A DNA stretch of 64,000 bases from a virus. The notes under the pieces were generated by a model. It was not told where the DNA came from, did no database searches, and was given only the letters and a program-made list of their open reading frames with translations. Shown here in pieces: positions 37,001 to 50,935 of this stretch. The DNA is taken from the IMG/VR virus record IMGVR_UViG_3300021399_000004, positions 105,339 to 169,338 of that record; one strand, written 5' to 3'. The translations under genes were made by a program, and so were the position numbers. Positions within the stretch are counted from its first letter, which is position 1; the number at the start of each line of letters is the position of its first letter.

Positions 37001-40000
37001 CGCCCTTAACCTTTGAGTCACCAAAAGAACAACAAGAAAGAAGGAGTCAAGAACTAGTGGCGACTCAACAGAGAGAAGCAAAGCAGGAGGCTATAAAAGA
37101 AAAATATATTAAGGATAATAATTTATATCCGTTACTTACAGCGCCGTCTGCGACACCTTTTTCTGCATTAACGTCTAATCCCGAAGCTATGAAATGGCTA
37201 TTAGCTTCTGAATATAATCCTATTCAAGATCCAAAACAGATTTAGGAAATGTTTGGTAAGATGGATAAAAGTATGCCAGGCTTTTTCTTTGGCACTGGTT
37301 TGTCTGGTAGTACGGCTACACCACTTGCAGGAAAAACCGATGCGTATGATATTTACTAGAGATGGCACGACTTTGCCGCAAAAATGACAGATCCAAAAAT
37401 ATTAAAGAGCTTTGACGAACTTGGTTTGTTTAGCCAAACAGAATAGTTCCTCGGACGAATGAGGGCTAAATATTCTGATGCAAAATATCCTCAATACCCT
37501 AACCCGGAGACAATACCAAAGTATTAGGAGGAGTAGAGAAAATTTTAGGATGAAATAGAGCCACAATTTAGACGATTTTTATCTGATAACGGGTTAAAAA
37601 ATGATTTTCCATTAAATGGTGGTTTAAGCGAGCTTGTTAAAAATATTTATGCTTTTTAGCAAGCACTCCAATATATTTCACAATAGCAGCCATAGACTCC
37701 ATCGCCTGCTTCTACTCCTACTCCTACTCAAGCTACTTAGGTACAGCAAACCGCTGAAGAAAATGCTGCACAAGGCAAGAGTAACTTAGCTGAGGCAAAT
37801 AAAGAAGTAGCAAATTCCGAGTAGGAAGTAACATAGGCTGTAAATGGCACAGTCGATGCTTTGAATAAACAGGGAGAAGCTATAGAAAATGTTACTTCTG
37901 CTTCTTCACAGCAGGCACTGAATTCTCCTGCTGACGCTTAGGCGGTATGGAACGAGATTGGGCCAACAACTCTTTTGAATATACAAGACTTGTAGACAGC
38001 TTTAGAGTTATTAAAAGAATAGAGCAATGTAGATATTAAAATTAGTAATAGCTCTTTAAATGCTGAAGAACTAGAAAAAGTTAAAGAAAAGATAGCTCAG
38101 ATTCTAGCGTAGAGCGAGCAGTTAAATAATTAGAAAATTATAATAACAATTGATTCTAAAGCGGTTGAATAGGTTGAACAATAGGCAAAATAGGCTAATG
38201 AAGAGTTACAAAAAATGGAAGATACTAGTTAGTAGGCAATGGCGGCAACTAGCTAGACAGGAAATTAGCAGATATTAAATAATCAATATCCTAATTAGGC
38301 TGCCGCGCGTGAAGCGGCGCTTGCTAGTGCAGAAGCATCTTTAAATAAGCTACATGCAGATGATGCAGCAGGTAATGGTCCTGCTACAGCAGAAGAACGC
38401 ATGCAATAGTTGCTAGCAATTGTTAATTAGATTAAAGCGATTGCTCCTGGGATGCTAAAGCCTGGGATCGACACTATGCAAGATGTTGATAAATTAGAAG
38501 AAACTCTAACTAAGATTATTAGTATATCAAAAACTAACGGTTCGGAAACTAAATTTATCTGGAGCGACTTAACAGTAACTAGGAATCAGTTAGATGAATT
38601 GGGTTATTCTTATGATGCTGCTAGCGGGAAAATTTAGGCTTTAAATTTTGCAAATTAGCAATATCAAATTACACAAGAATAGCTCCAATATTTAATCTAG
38701 AATCATATATCATCAGAATAGGCAATCCCAGCATTATTATAGGCACATGAGCAGGGTGTATTAAAACTAACATAGGCTGAAAAGGAACGTCTTGAAACAC
38801 TTATGGCCTTAAATGCAGAATAGGAGCGTTTAAGCAAGGGAGCGCCTGCAGGCGGCGCACCTGTAGGTGATGCTAATGGAGGCAATGAAAAGGCAGGATG
38901 GTGGGCTGCTCTTCGTGGTGCTGCAAAAGGTGGGCGACTCGCTTCTTACGGTAGCGCTGCACGTATGGCCGGAAATTTCTTAGGATCTATACAGGACACA
39001 TCCACAAGAGCAGGTCAATAGGCTAGCGGATTTTTTTAGGGAGCTGGCGCTATAGCTTCTATTGCTATGAATCCATATAATCCAGTAAACTGGATAATGG
39101 GTATATAGTCACTCTGGAGTGCAGTAGAAACTTTTAATGAAAGTGCAAAAGAAGAAGCGGAGCGCTTAAAGAAAGAAGCCGAAGAAGCACGAACTGCCGC
39201 AAAAACTGCAGCAACTGAAGTTAGAAGTTTAGAAGAAGGATAGAAAAAAATAAAGAAGTTAGCTGAATCACGTTATGACTCAGAAGAAGCTGCGCAAGAA
39301 TACTAGGATACGGTTGACTCATTAGTAGATCAATTTCCATAGCTAATTGCCGGGTATGATGCAATGAATAATGCTGTTATAACCGAAACTTCTCTTACTT
39401 TAGCGTTAAGCGAGGCTAGACGTGAATCAGCGGAGGCAACTTATGATGCTTTATAGGCTGAACGAAAGGCGGCAGATAAACGAGCTGAATCAGCTGAAAA
39501 AGAAATTATTGCTGCTAATGAATTAAGCCCTTATTCTGGTACGAATGACCAGCTTGCTGAGTTTGACTATGAACTTAGTAATTCATTAGCCAGGTATCTT
39601 GATTCTTCTAATGATTTAAAGGGAGCTTTATAGCAGTTAACTATAGAGAGACAAGGCAATGAAGATGTATCATGGAGCGATTTAATAAATCAGTTAGAGC
39701 CTGAGAATATAGCATAGGTAAATAATTTAAAGGAAAACGTCGCTCTTTTAATGGGGCTAGCAAGTGGCAGTGAAATTAGCAATGATTGGTTTAACTCTTT
39801 CATGGATTTATACTTGAGTCAAAAGGATGATACGAGTGCATTTAGTTCTCGCGCAGGAATTTTTGATATATTGTTTATGACTGATAAATAGTAGGATGAG
39901 TCACAATTAAATGATGTTATAAAGAACTTTAATAAGGCTAAATAGGAAAAAAAATATTCGGATTTAATTGATTATGGTAATCAACTTATTACGTTAATTC

Positions 40001-43000
40001 AAACTACTGAAGCTAGAGACCAAAACGAACAAGAGTGGCGTACTAATATTATTGGTGAAGTATAGTCAATATTAGAAGATGCTATTACATATCAAAAAGA
40101 ATCTGGAACTGCAGCTTCATTAACATAGGCTGAATTAGTTGCATGGCAACGTAAAAATATTAATTCTAAAACTTATGTTAAAGATAATGATGTCACAGCA
40201 TTTACAGATCTAGCGGCAATAGACTTATAGTAGTAGGCACAAGCAAGTACAAAATCAGTTTCTGATTTAGAAGCAGATTGGCTTGCATAGCCACCAGCGA
40301 TTTTAACTACTATACAAGAATTTTATGAAAAATTAGAAATAATAGATGCTGAAACAGGGAAACGTGCAAATATATTATTTGATCAATATTATAATGATAT
40401 GCAGCATTGGACCGGTACAGATTTGATTAGTAGATTTGGTCTTGACGAAGACGAAGATAAAGAAATCATTGAGTTATTGAGAAAGCGTTATACGGAATCT
40501 TCAACTACTTTTATTAATAATATAAATAAAAAAATAAATGACCTTGATTTTATAACCAATAAAGATGAGTATTTATTAACAACTATCGAAAAAGGCGGCT
40601 AGTAGATATCAGGTATATAGTACGATCTATATATTAGTGCTATAAATCAAGCACAAAAATTTGCTTAGCGCGGTTTAACTGCTACTGCTAATTCATACTT
40701 AGGTTAGACTTTATCATTATTAGGATGGATTGAAGAACATATTACTGATCCTGAACAATAGAATCAAATTTATGATATTTTAGTAAAAAATGAAGCTTTT
40801 ACAAGCAAAGAAGGCTGGGCTAAGGCTGCACAGGCTTTAACAGATGCCGGTTTTGATGATACAGGTTTAATTGAACAAGTGACGGCAGCTGGTAAAACAT
40901 TTTTAACAAATGTTTCTTTAAGTTTGCAAGCGGCTACATCTAGCTTATTTGAATCGCTAGAAGATTAGAGTAAAAATCTATCTAAAGCATTTTCTGGGAT
41001 GTCTGTTAAAGAAGCTAATGATTTTCTAGACACATTAAAAAATTATAATATAAATACGTTTAGCTGGTCTGATCTTGAATTAAATAGTAGTGGGAAATTA
41101 GCATTAAAATCGAGTAGCGTTAGTGGCTATAGAAATGCAGTATAGACATGGGTTGATAAATAGTTAGAATAGGCAGCAACTGCTAGAGATGATGTATATA
41201 GACAACTTTTTGACATTGATAATAGGGGTAATATTACTGGAAATATATCAGATAGAGCTTCTGAATTGATTCGACAAACATTGGGTACAGAACTTGAAAC
41301 AATTCCAGAGAATAATAAATAGTATATTGAATCATTAATTGAATATGGATTTTTAAGTGTTGATGATAAAGGTAAAGTATAGATAGCTAAAGAATATAAT
41401 AAAAATAACAATGTAGCAGAGTCAATTAAGGAGTTCAGAACTGCAACTGATAAATCATATAATGTCCTAGCTCAGGGCGCTCAAACAATTGTGGATATGG
41501 TTACTTATTCTGCAGAATGGGCGCAGGGTATTTATACTTCATTGTTTAGAAACTTCGGTGAAGGCGCAAATAAAGATTAGCTGTTGTTACAAGCTTTAAC
41601 TGGCACTCTTAGTTCAACTGACTATGATAAACTTACTGATTTTGATAAGGCAGGTATTAAAAATGCGGCTAGCGCTGCAGAACAAGCGGTTTAGGATTTT
41701 ATTTCTAAACGCGGCCAAAATATGCATGTGAGTGATTACGCCGCGGCACCACAATATATAAAGAAAAACTTAAAGTCGGCATTAGATAATTTAGGGAAAA
41801 GCTATGACAATTTTGAATTATATGTATTAAATTTAACAAAAGATTATACTTCAGAAATTCAAACTATCGTTAATAACTAGGTTTCTGCAATAAACTCTTT
41901 ATATGAGGTAGGCAATTAGGGTCTTTATGCTATTAATGGAAAAACTGCGATTTCAGCTGATGAAGCTGGTAAGTTAGCATCATTTTTAGGCTATAAGGGC
42001 GATGGAACTTTAAGAGAATATTTAGCTGCTCAAGGTTTAGTTTATAATTCTTTAACAAATGAGTTCGATATAACATCTGGTTTTATTACTGATGTTGTAA
42101 TTCCTGCTTATTAGAAAATTGCTGAAACTGCTAGTAATGAGCAAGAGAAGGAGCAAGCCCAAGCTTAGATTGATAAATATACTAATTTAATGAAAAAAAA
42201 TGGACAATCAGCTATCGCTACATTAATTAAAAATCGCAAAAATGTTTCTGAAGAAGATATATCAAATGTTGCTAATGCTTTTGAAGGATTAGACTATAAT
42301 CAAGTTTCAAGTGTTGTCCATGATGGCGTTCTCAATATCGGAGAATTGATAAGTTTATTTTCACAAATTGATAAGCAAACAGCTAAAGAACTCTATACTG
42401 CCTATGGGGCAGATCTGGATGAAAGTTTAGGTTTTTTAAATAAAGCGGTTGGCTATGTAGCTAATGGAACGACTAATTAGAGTGAAATTGCAGCTTTTAC
42501 TAGTGAATATTTAGACGTTGTAGGAGAAGTGCTCGAAGCAGGGAATTGGGTCTATGATAGCGTATTAAAAACTACGACGTTAAGCGGTGATGCTGCATAG
42601 AGATACATTTAGGCAAAGCGGGCTAAATTAACAAAAGAGTATGGTGAAGGAAACAAATAGTTTATTGATGAATATTTAAAGAATAATATCATAAGTTAGA
42701 TGGTTGATACTGGTACTTTAGTTAATGTTGCCACTGGCAAGAGCACTCCATTAGATTCTTATAAATTAGAAAAAAATTTAATGGCCGCATATAGCGCATT
42801 AGGGTATGGACCTGGCTTAGCAGCTGGTAGAGCTTCTTGGGCTAAGACAGCGTTATCAGAAGCATCAGGGACTAAACGAGTTGAGGCTTTAAAGAGCCTT
42901 TCAGAAGAATTAAGTTTACAAATTACTCCCGAACAATACCAGTAGGTATATGAAGCTCGAACTTAGTCATTGATGGATCTTCAAAATAGTATACATGACA

Positions 43001-46000
43001 TTGAAGCAGGTACTATAATAACTTCTTAGGCAAATGCTCAATTATTAGCTAAAGCTGGATATTAGATTAAAAATAATCAAGATGGTACATATCTAATAGA
43101 AACTGTTGGTGGCATGGTCGAAGCATATTATTTAATGTATTAGGAATTATCACAAGAAGCAAGTTCTACGACAGCCCAATTAAATTCAGTTTATGCAGCA
43201 ATGTTAAGTGAACGAGAAAAATCATAGAGTACTGCAATTGAAGCTTTATAGAATGCTGCTAAAATGTCTTATGAACAATTAGGAACATTATTAGCTTCTA
43301 TGGGTATGAAACTTGAGGATGTAGCCAAAAATTTTGAAGAGTATGGAATTAAATAGCTTGGTGCTGGGCAGATTCGTATTTATGATTTTGAGGCGTTCGC
43401 GGGCAAATTAAACTTAAGTAAGGATTCTGAAGAATATTTATCTGCTTATTCAACCTGGGTAGATTCTATGATTACTGTTAATAAAACAGTAGAAGAATAG
43501 ATTCTCTCTGAAGTAGATAAAATTAAAGAGGCAAAAATTGGTGATCAAATTAATGTCACTTATTTAGTAGATGCATTTGGTGAAGAACTTCTAGAACTTT
43601 TATTCGGTGAGAATAGTATTGCTAATGGTATTTTAACAGTTACCAGCCAATTCACACGTGAGTCTATGGTTGGTTTATACCATGCGCTTAAATCCAGTGA
43701 TAAAGTTAACTTTAACGAACGCGATTTGGCTAAATTTAAAGATGATTTTTAGACTAATTTTATTAACAAATTATCTGAAGGTATTAATAAGGCTTTAGCA
43801 GGAACGTTAACAAATGTTGAAATGCAAGAATTAATTGAAAATCATACTGGTATAACTTCAGATTATTTTATTAAAACTGAATAGGGCTTAAAACTAACAA
43901 TTGCTCAAGCTACAAAGTTATATTTCTAGTTAAAAGAGATTGATACTATTGCATCTAATATTGTATTAAAAGAATTAATTAAGAGTATGCAAGAAACTGA
44001 TTCTAATTATAAGACAATGGAATCTACTTTAAGAAGAATCGCTGAGTTACATGAATTAATTAATGCTGCAGATAGTGAAAAAAATAGTGCTAAAAAAGAA
44101 TAGTATGAAGAAGAATTGAATCTTGCGTTAGAAATTCAACGTGTACGCGCAACTACTCGTGATGATGAATCTTGGGATTTCATGAGTCGTAAAATGCCAG
44201 AAGTATTAAATAATCCATTTAATGCTCTCAAGAGCGTTGGCGCAATGATGACGAATTTCAGAAATTCTTGGAAAGAAACAACACAATATTTTGATTTAAA
44301 TAGCGGACGATGGACTAAGAGTAAGGGCATGATGGGCTTTGATTAGTTCTATAGTATGGCTAACATGATGAATGAACTAGCTCTTAAGACTGGAAATAAA
44401 TTAGTATTAGCAGGCCATACATTAGACGGTGGCGCCTAGGAATTTGCTAAATTAGTCACTTCTACATATAAGACTTTGGGCATGTTAGAAGATGGCTCAG
44501 CTGTAGTTAATTTAGGTGCAATTGGATTAAATTTTGAAACTGGCGCGGATCAAATGCGGCTGGGAATTGAAAATGGTCTTCAAGAGGCAGCAAAGGGTCA
44601 AGTACAGATGCTTGATGGAATGATCCAAGTTGTCGAGACTATGGCCGCTATGGAAGAGCTTGGTCAGATTGCTGGCGAAGATATAATGTTGCAATTACCG
44701 ACAATTGATTTCGATGCCGAAGAAAATCAAGATACTTTAGCCAAGATGAATGAATGGCGTCTAAAATATGTACAAAAATTTATTGAAGGTAGCGAAGAAT
44801 ACGATGAAGATGTAGCAAAAGCTGTAAATAACATTAAATATAAAAATGAAAAAGGCGCAACAATAGCATTAGCAGATATATTTAAGAAAGACATTGCAGA
44901 TTGGACTGAATTAGAAAAAGCAATAATGTCAGGCTATTATAAAGCTGCTAAATCAGGTAAATTAAATGATCAAAATTAGATCTGGGAAAGTATTCAAGAA
45001 GCCTTAGCAGGTGCCGGTCTTGACGGTCAAACAATTACTTTACCTCTTGGTGAGAATGGAACCGAGATTACTTATTTTTATAAAGATGGCTTTGCTATTG
45101 AAGTTACTAGTAACGGATTTAAAGTTGGCGATAAGACTTATCCTAGTGAGAAGCAGGCAATTCAGGCTGCTATTCTAAAAAATTTAGGGCAAGTTAACTT
45201 AGATGAGGTAACAGATGATAAAACTCCAGTTACTGGCACACTAAAATTGGGCAGTCAAGGTATCAAAGTTAGTTTTGACGATAATGAGCATGTTTAGTAT
45301 GAATATAATGGAGTAACTTCTAACTCTATTAATGGTTTATTAACGGAACTTTGGAAGCAGGATGAAACGAAAGGCGAGCTAACACTTGAAGAGTGGAAAA
45401 TTCAATAGGAGTTTACTATTGTTCCTGAGTTCAATAAGGATATTGAATTAACAAATGCTTAGAAAGCAAATCTGGCGGGAAAGTCGGCATTAAATTTACA
45501 ACAGGAGTGGGCTGATGCCGTAGAAAAAAATACAACAGTTCAATTTGAAGCTAAATATGGCTTTAAGTTAACCAACAGTAGTCAACTTACTGATGAAGCT
45601 TTAGAATAGCTATTAGCAGGGAATAAAATAACTGAAACTACAACAGATTTAACTGTTAAACTAAATTCTAATAGCTCACCTATTGCATCCGTGTTAGAAG
45701 CTGGTAAAACTACCGTCGATGTTACACTGAATGTAGCGGTAGTAGGCCCTGGTGCGGGCTTAGCTCAAGCCATGTTCGGAGGATAGACGACTTCTGAACA
45801 ATAGTAGCCACAAAAACCAGCGCCAGGTAAATAGCCTCCACCAAGTTAGCAGCCACCTTCTGGCGCAATATATGATACACCAGATTCATATCGTACTACG
45901 CCAACAGTTACTACTAAGTCTGTCGGTGTTGAAGGCGCAGTTATTGTTGGCACCTTTACTACTGAAAGTATGGTGGCTAATTTTGTTTAGCCAGATGGTA

Positions 46001-49000
46001 GTATTTCACAAACAATAACTATCCTTGGTGTACCAGTGGCTGTCGAAGGCGGAGCTACTAGCGAAGATGTAACATTAGTATATACTGGAGAAACAACTGG
46101 CTTTACATTATATAAAGGTGGCGTGCCGGTTGCATAGTTCACGACCGAACAAATTCTAACAGCATTGAATGTAGCTGACTTAGGTGAGTATTAGGGCCAT
46201 CGTCTTGTATATAATTTTTAGACAGAAGAATTTGAATTATGGAAGGGTAGTACTCGTATAACTGCTTTTTCTACAGAAGAAATTGCTTCTAAATTACTCC
46301 TTGATAAAAATGTCACGCCTCTATCAAGAAATACTGTATTACAATACAGAGGCGAGACAGAAGGCTTCCAAGTTATTGATCAAACAACTGGTTAGCCTCT
46401 TGTAATTTTGGGTACTGGCGAAGGAAAAATTGAAGAAGTTGAAGGAACTATAGTTAAAGATGCTGATGGTAATGTTCACTTTGAATTTACTGATGATACT
46501 GGTACTATATACACTGTAGATTTATCTCAATTTTCTGGTTTAGTAGGCACTGGCGCTACAATTGATCCTACAAAATGTAAAGCGAAATTTAATAGTGACA
46601 CTGGCACAATAACATTTTCATATGAAGCCGGTGGCGAAACTATAAGTGAAGAAGTACCAATAACTGGTGTTAATTTAACTGGTACTGCTGCATTAACTGA
46701 TGCAAAAGTTACAGAAATAAAGGCAGCTATCGCTAATGCTAAAGGGTTAACTCCAGACGAAAAATTAGCATTGTTAAATGCATTAGGTGTAGATAGTTCA
46801 GATTATACAATAGATTTAGGAACAGTGACGCCAATCGCAACGGTAGGAACTCCTGAATTTTACGGCTTATCTGAAGGTGATAGGTTCTTAGCGAGTATGA
46901 CTTCTGCTAATTGGACAGAAAGTGCTGCTTAGAGTCATGTGGCAAGTAAAGTATATAGTCCGTTAAATGGCACTTTATCACATGAGCTCACTCCAGAAGC
47001 AACAGCCGCCTATCATGATATTGAAACAAAAGTTAGAAATGGACAAACTCTAACATCCACAGAAAAAAAGTTTTTAAACTATTTAACACATTCACAACGG
47101 CAAAATTCACATTATAAAAATGAAAAAGGTGAAAACGTATTCGTAAGTAAACAAGCTCAAGATTTATTAAATGCTAACGCTCTTATTGAGGAAGAATTAA
47201 TGACATCTTTAATTCCAGCTTTAGCTGGCCTAACAGATATTAATTATGATAAAATTCTTTCTTTAAGTCAAGCTTTAGGAACAATTGCTATGTCTGGTAT
47301 GGATATTCAAAAAATTAATTGGCAAGACATAGTTACAAATTTAAGTGCATTGTCTGGTATTAATATTGCTCCTAAAGCGCTACAAGATCTAGGTTAGCTT
47401 GCAGGCGTGATGGCTTTAATCAGCGGTGGCACCGTAAAAAACCAATTTGGTGTGGAAGTACAATCAAACGGTTTACCAGCATTGGCTACTAGTTTAGGTA
47501 ATTTATCTAATATTTCTTATCCAAAAATTAGTGAAGGTTTAAATAGTATTGCCACTGCATTAAGTAAAATATCATCTGTTTTATATCCAGTTGATAATAA
47601 AGTACCTTTTAAGTCTACTTAGACTGATACCACTAATACTAAAAAATAGGAATTATAGGCACTCTTAGATGGCGACTGGAGTGAGCTTGATCCAAGTCAA
47701 TTAGAATCAGCTGTTGAGGATATGAATCATATTCTAGATGAATAGGCCGCTGAGGATACATCATTCTCTGACCGTTTTTAGACAGCTACTGAGAAGTTTA
47801 CAATAAATGCAAAAATGTTTAACCATATGATTCAATTAGCTAATGATGCACTTGGTTCTACTCAAATGCCACAAGGTTTAATTGATCTCAAAGGTATGAT
47901 TTTACAGTTAGTTGGTATTGCTCCAGATACTGAAGAAGCAAAGCATTTAACTGATTTATTCAAAGGTAGTGTAGAAGATTTCGCTAATACGCCAATCGGA
48001 CAAATTAATGCTGGCTTTAATGAGTTATAGAAGTCAATTGATAAATTATCTAGTGCAAACTTTAACGGCGGTTCTAGTGGATTAATTGACGTAAGAGGCG
48101 CTATATCATTATTAGCAAAAGCTAGTTTTGGTGCAGTAGCTAGTGGATTAAGTAGTATAAAGAGCGCTTTAGCAGGATGGAGCTTCCCACAAATACCAGC
48201 CTCTTCTGGCGGCAATACGGCTTCTTCTAATGCAAGTCAATCTGCTTAGATGCATACTGCTGTAGATGCAAAAGGAACAATTGGCCCCGCACAAGCAACT
48301 GGCACTCTAATGGGCGAACTCGGCCCTGAACTTTATGTATCAGGTGGCCGGTATCATATCGCTGGTCAAAATGGTGCAGAATTTGTTGATTTACCTGATG
48401 ATGCAATTGTCTTTAATCATTTACAAACTAAGAAATTATTACAAACTGGCGTGGCTGGACGCGGAACGGCTATTACTAATGAACGTACAGCAGTAGCCTA
48501 TGCAAAAGGCACTGGCCCTGCGATGGCTAGCGCAAGTGCTGTATTGGCTACATTAAAAGAATTGCGTGATGCATGGTAGCGTTTAACTGATTTACCACTA
48601 AGTTAGCTAGCTGGCATGGGCGGCGGCGGTGGTGGCGGCGGTGGCAGCCAATTCACTAAAGACCTCGAACGGTGGTTTAATATACTTTAGAGAATTGCAC
48701 GCCTTGAAAAACTTATTACGCACGAAGAACAATTATAGTCAAAATTAGAGAATGATCGTTTAATTCATGGAAATTAGATATATGCTAGTTAGCAGCGAGA
48801 GGCTCAAGCGTTACAGTAGACAATCAATGAAAATCGTGAATTACTTTCTTTATAGCAAGGTCGTTATCAAGAGCGTATTGACTAGCTCATGCGAGATAAT
48901 GCATTCTTCCAACGTGTATATACTATTGATTAGAATACCGGAGCTATTTAGTTAAGAAATAGAGAAAATACACCAGAAGGTGAAGCAATTACATATAATG

Positions 49001-50922
49001 GTAGAACTTATGATGATGCGTATGCTATTTTAGCTGAAATTGCTGGTGTTAATCCAAACACAAATGAACCATTACATAATGCTAAAGAACAACTAGCTAT
49101 GCTACGCGAAGTATTTGGTGATGCATTAGTAGATTAGTATACTACTTATGATTCTTCTGGCAAGAAGATTACAAGTGATGAAGAGCGTGTACGCGCTTTC
49201 TTTGACATGGCTGATGGATTAAAAACTGAAGTAACTACTTTATAGGATACTTTAGAAGAAACCGAAAATGGTATTTTAGAGAATCAACAAAAATTATCTG
49301 AAATTCTTTAGAAATATGTAGATAACTAGTTGGCGGTGGAATAGGAGCTTACTGAGGCTATTGAATCACGTGAATAGGCTGCAATTGATGAAGCATAGAA
49401 AGAACGTGATGCATTTAGTAAGCAATAGACAGCATTAATTGATGGTTTAAGTGCATAGTTAGATAAAGAGCGTAAAATGTATGAACGGCAACAAGCCGGA
49501 GAAGATTTAAATAAAATGCGGCGTTAGCTAGCTATTTTATAGAGATCTGGCGGCTCTCAATCTCAAATTCGTTCTTTGCAAGATCAAATCAATTCTGCTT
49601 CTTAGGAAGCATATTTTACTGCACAGCAAGATCAAATTGATGCAATTAAAGAAGCCTCTGATTTATAGTTAGAGCGTATGGATACTCAAATTGAATTAAT
49701 GACAGAAACATTGGAATATTAGAAAGAAAATGGATTATTCTGGCCCGAAGTTACTTAGATTATGCAGCAAAGTCCAGAAGAAATTATGAATTTTATTTAG
49801 ACTTATAAGCCTAATTATCGTAGTGATTCTGAGTTGCAAATTGAAGAGAATTTACGTCAATTAAGGAATATTGTAGAGCAATGGACAACAAGGAGAGATG
49901 ACCCGAATGCTCTTGACGTTAATGGCAATATTACTGAAACTCCAAATGACGTCTATTCAATGTATAGTAACTGGTATACAAATACAGCATATCGTCAATT
50001 TAGTACCGCATTGTTCTCTGAGAATTATGCTGAACGAGATAAATTAAATTAGGATGCTATTAATGCATTCTACGAAACTTGGAATAGAACAGGCGATTTA
50101 CGGTCTGCACAAGACGCGGCTGCCGCGGTATTCTAGTCACATGAGGATAGATTGAGTGAGAGCGATAGGAATAATCATGCATGGTAGATTGAGTAGAGGA
50201 ATAATCCTCCTGGTGGCGGAAGCAGTGGAAGCAGTGACTCTGGAGCTTCAGATAACAATGCAACTCTCAAGGTAATCGTATATGTAGATGGAGAAATAGA
50301 GTCAAGAAAAGCATATGTATATGCTGAACCTTTTATTGTCATGCCAAGGTTCTTCGGGATGCCTCGTGAAGGGTATGATGTTAGTATTACTCCATCAGAA
50401 GGCTTTACAATTTTACCTGGAGAGACAAAACAACTTACAGTTAAGTATACTAAAAATGCAACAACTTCTTATTCGACTGTTACAGAAACACCGCCTACGG
50501 ATGAGTTAACTCCTCATACATTCCAGGGGCAAAAAGATAACACCATTGCATCAAAAGGAATAGGATATACTGCAACATAGAGTTATGCTAGTGGTAATAG
50601 TGATTATAGAACTCGATTAAATAATTTACTAAATCGTCTCAATTCTTCTTCAACATCGTTCGCACCAGACTTAAATAATTTAACAACAGGTATTGTTATG
50701 CAATCTTTCCTCAACTCTTTAGCGTCTTTAGATAATTTTTCTACTTCAATGGAAGTTTTGCGACAATTGCAACAAGAGGCTGGTAATTAGGTCACTAATA
50801 TAGTGAACGTAAATAATCCTGTTATCAGAGATGAAGATGATATATAGAAAATTTCTGATACTATTGAATAGAAATTATTATCAATAGCTAAGAAAACTGG
50901 AGCTTACATGAACGTGCGTTAA
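34096..50922 (+). CDS. Tail tape measure protein, 5,608 aa
   Basis: ATG at 34096, 8 nt after AAGGAGA. All 16 frame-1 track ORFs from 35593 to 50580 belong to it. I read every intervening line in frame 1 and found about 180 TAG, with no TAA or TGA until 50920. TP901-type TMP core at about 35400-36150 (LKLAKISGLDYATTTDYMTTALRGF...ATQFAGNRQQSRFLAL). C-terminal GELGPELYV...IVFNHLQT motif. Confidence 0.85.
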
Positions 50923-50935
50923 AGGAGGAGTTAAG

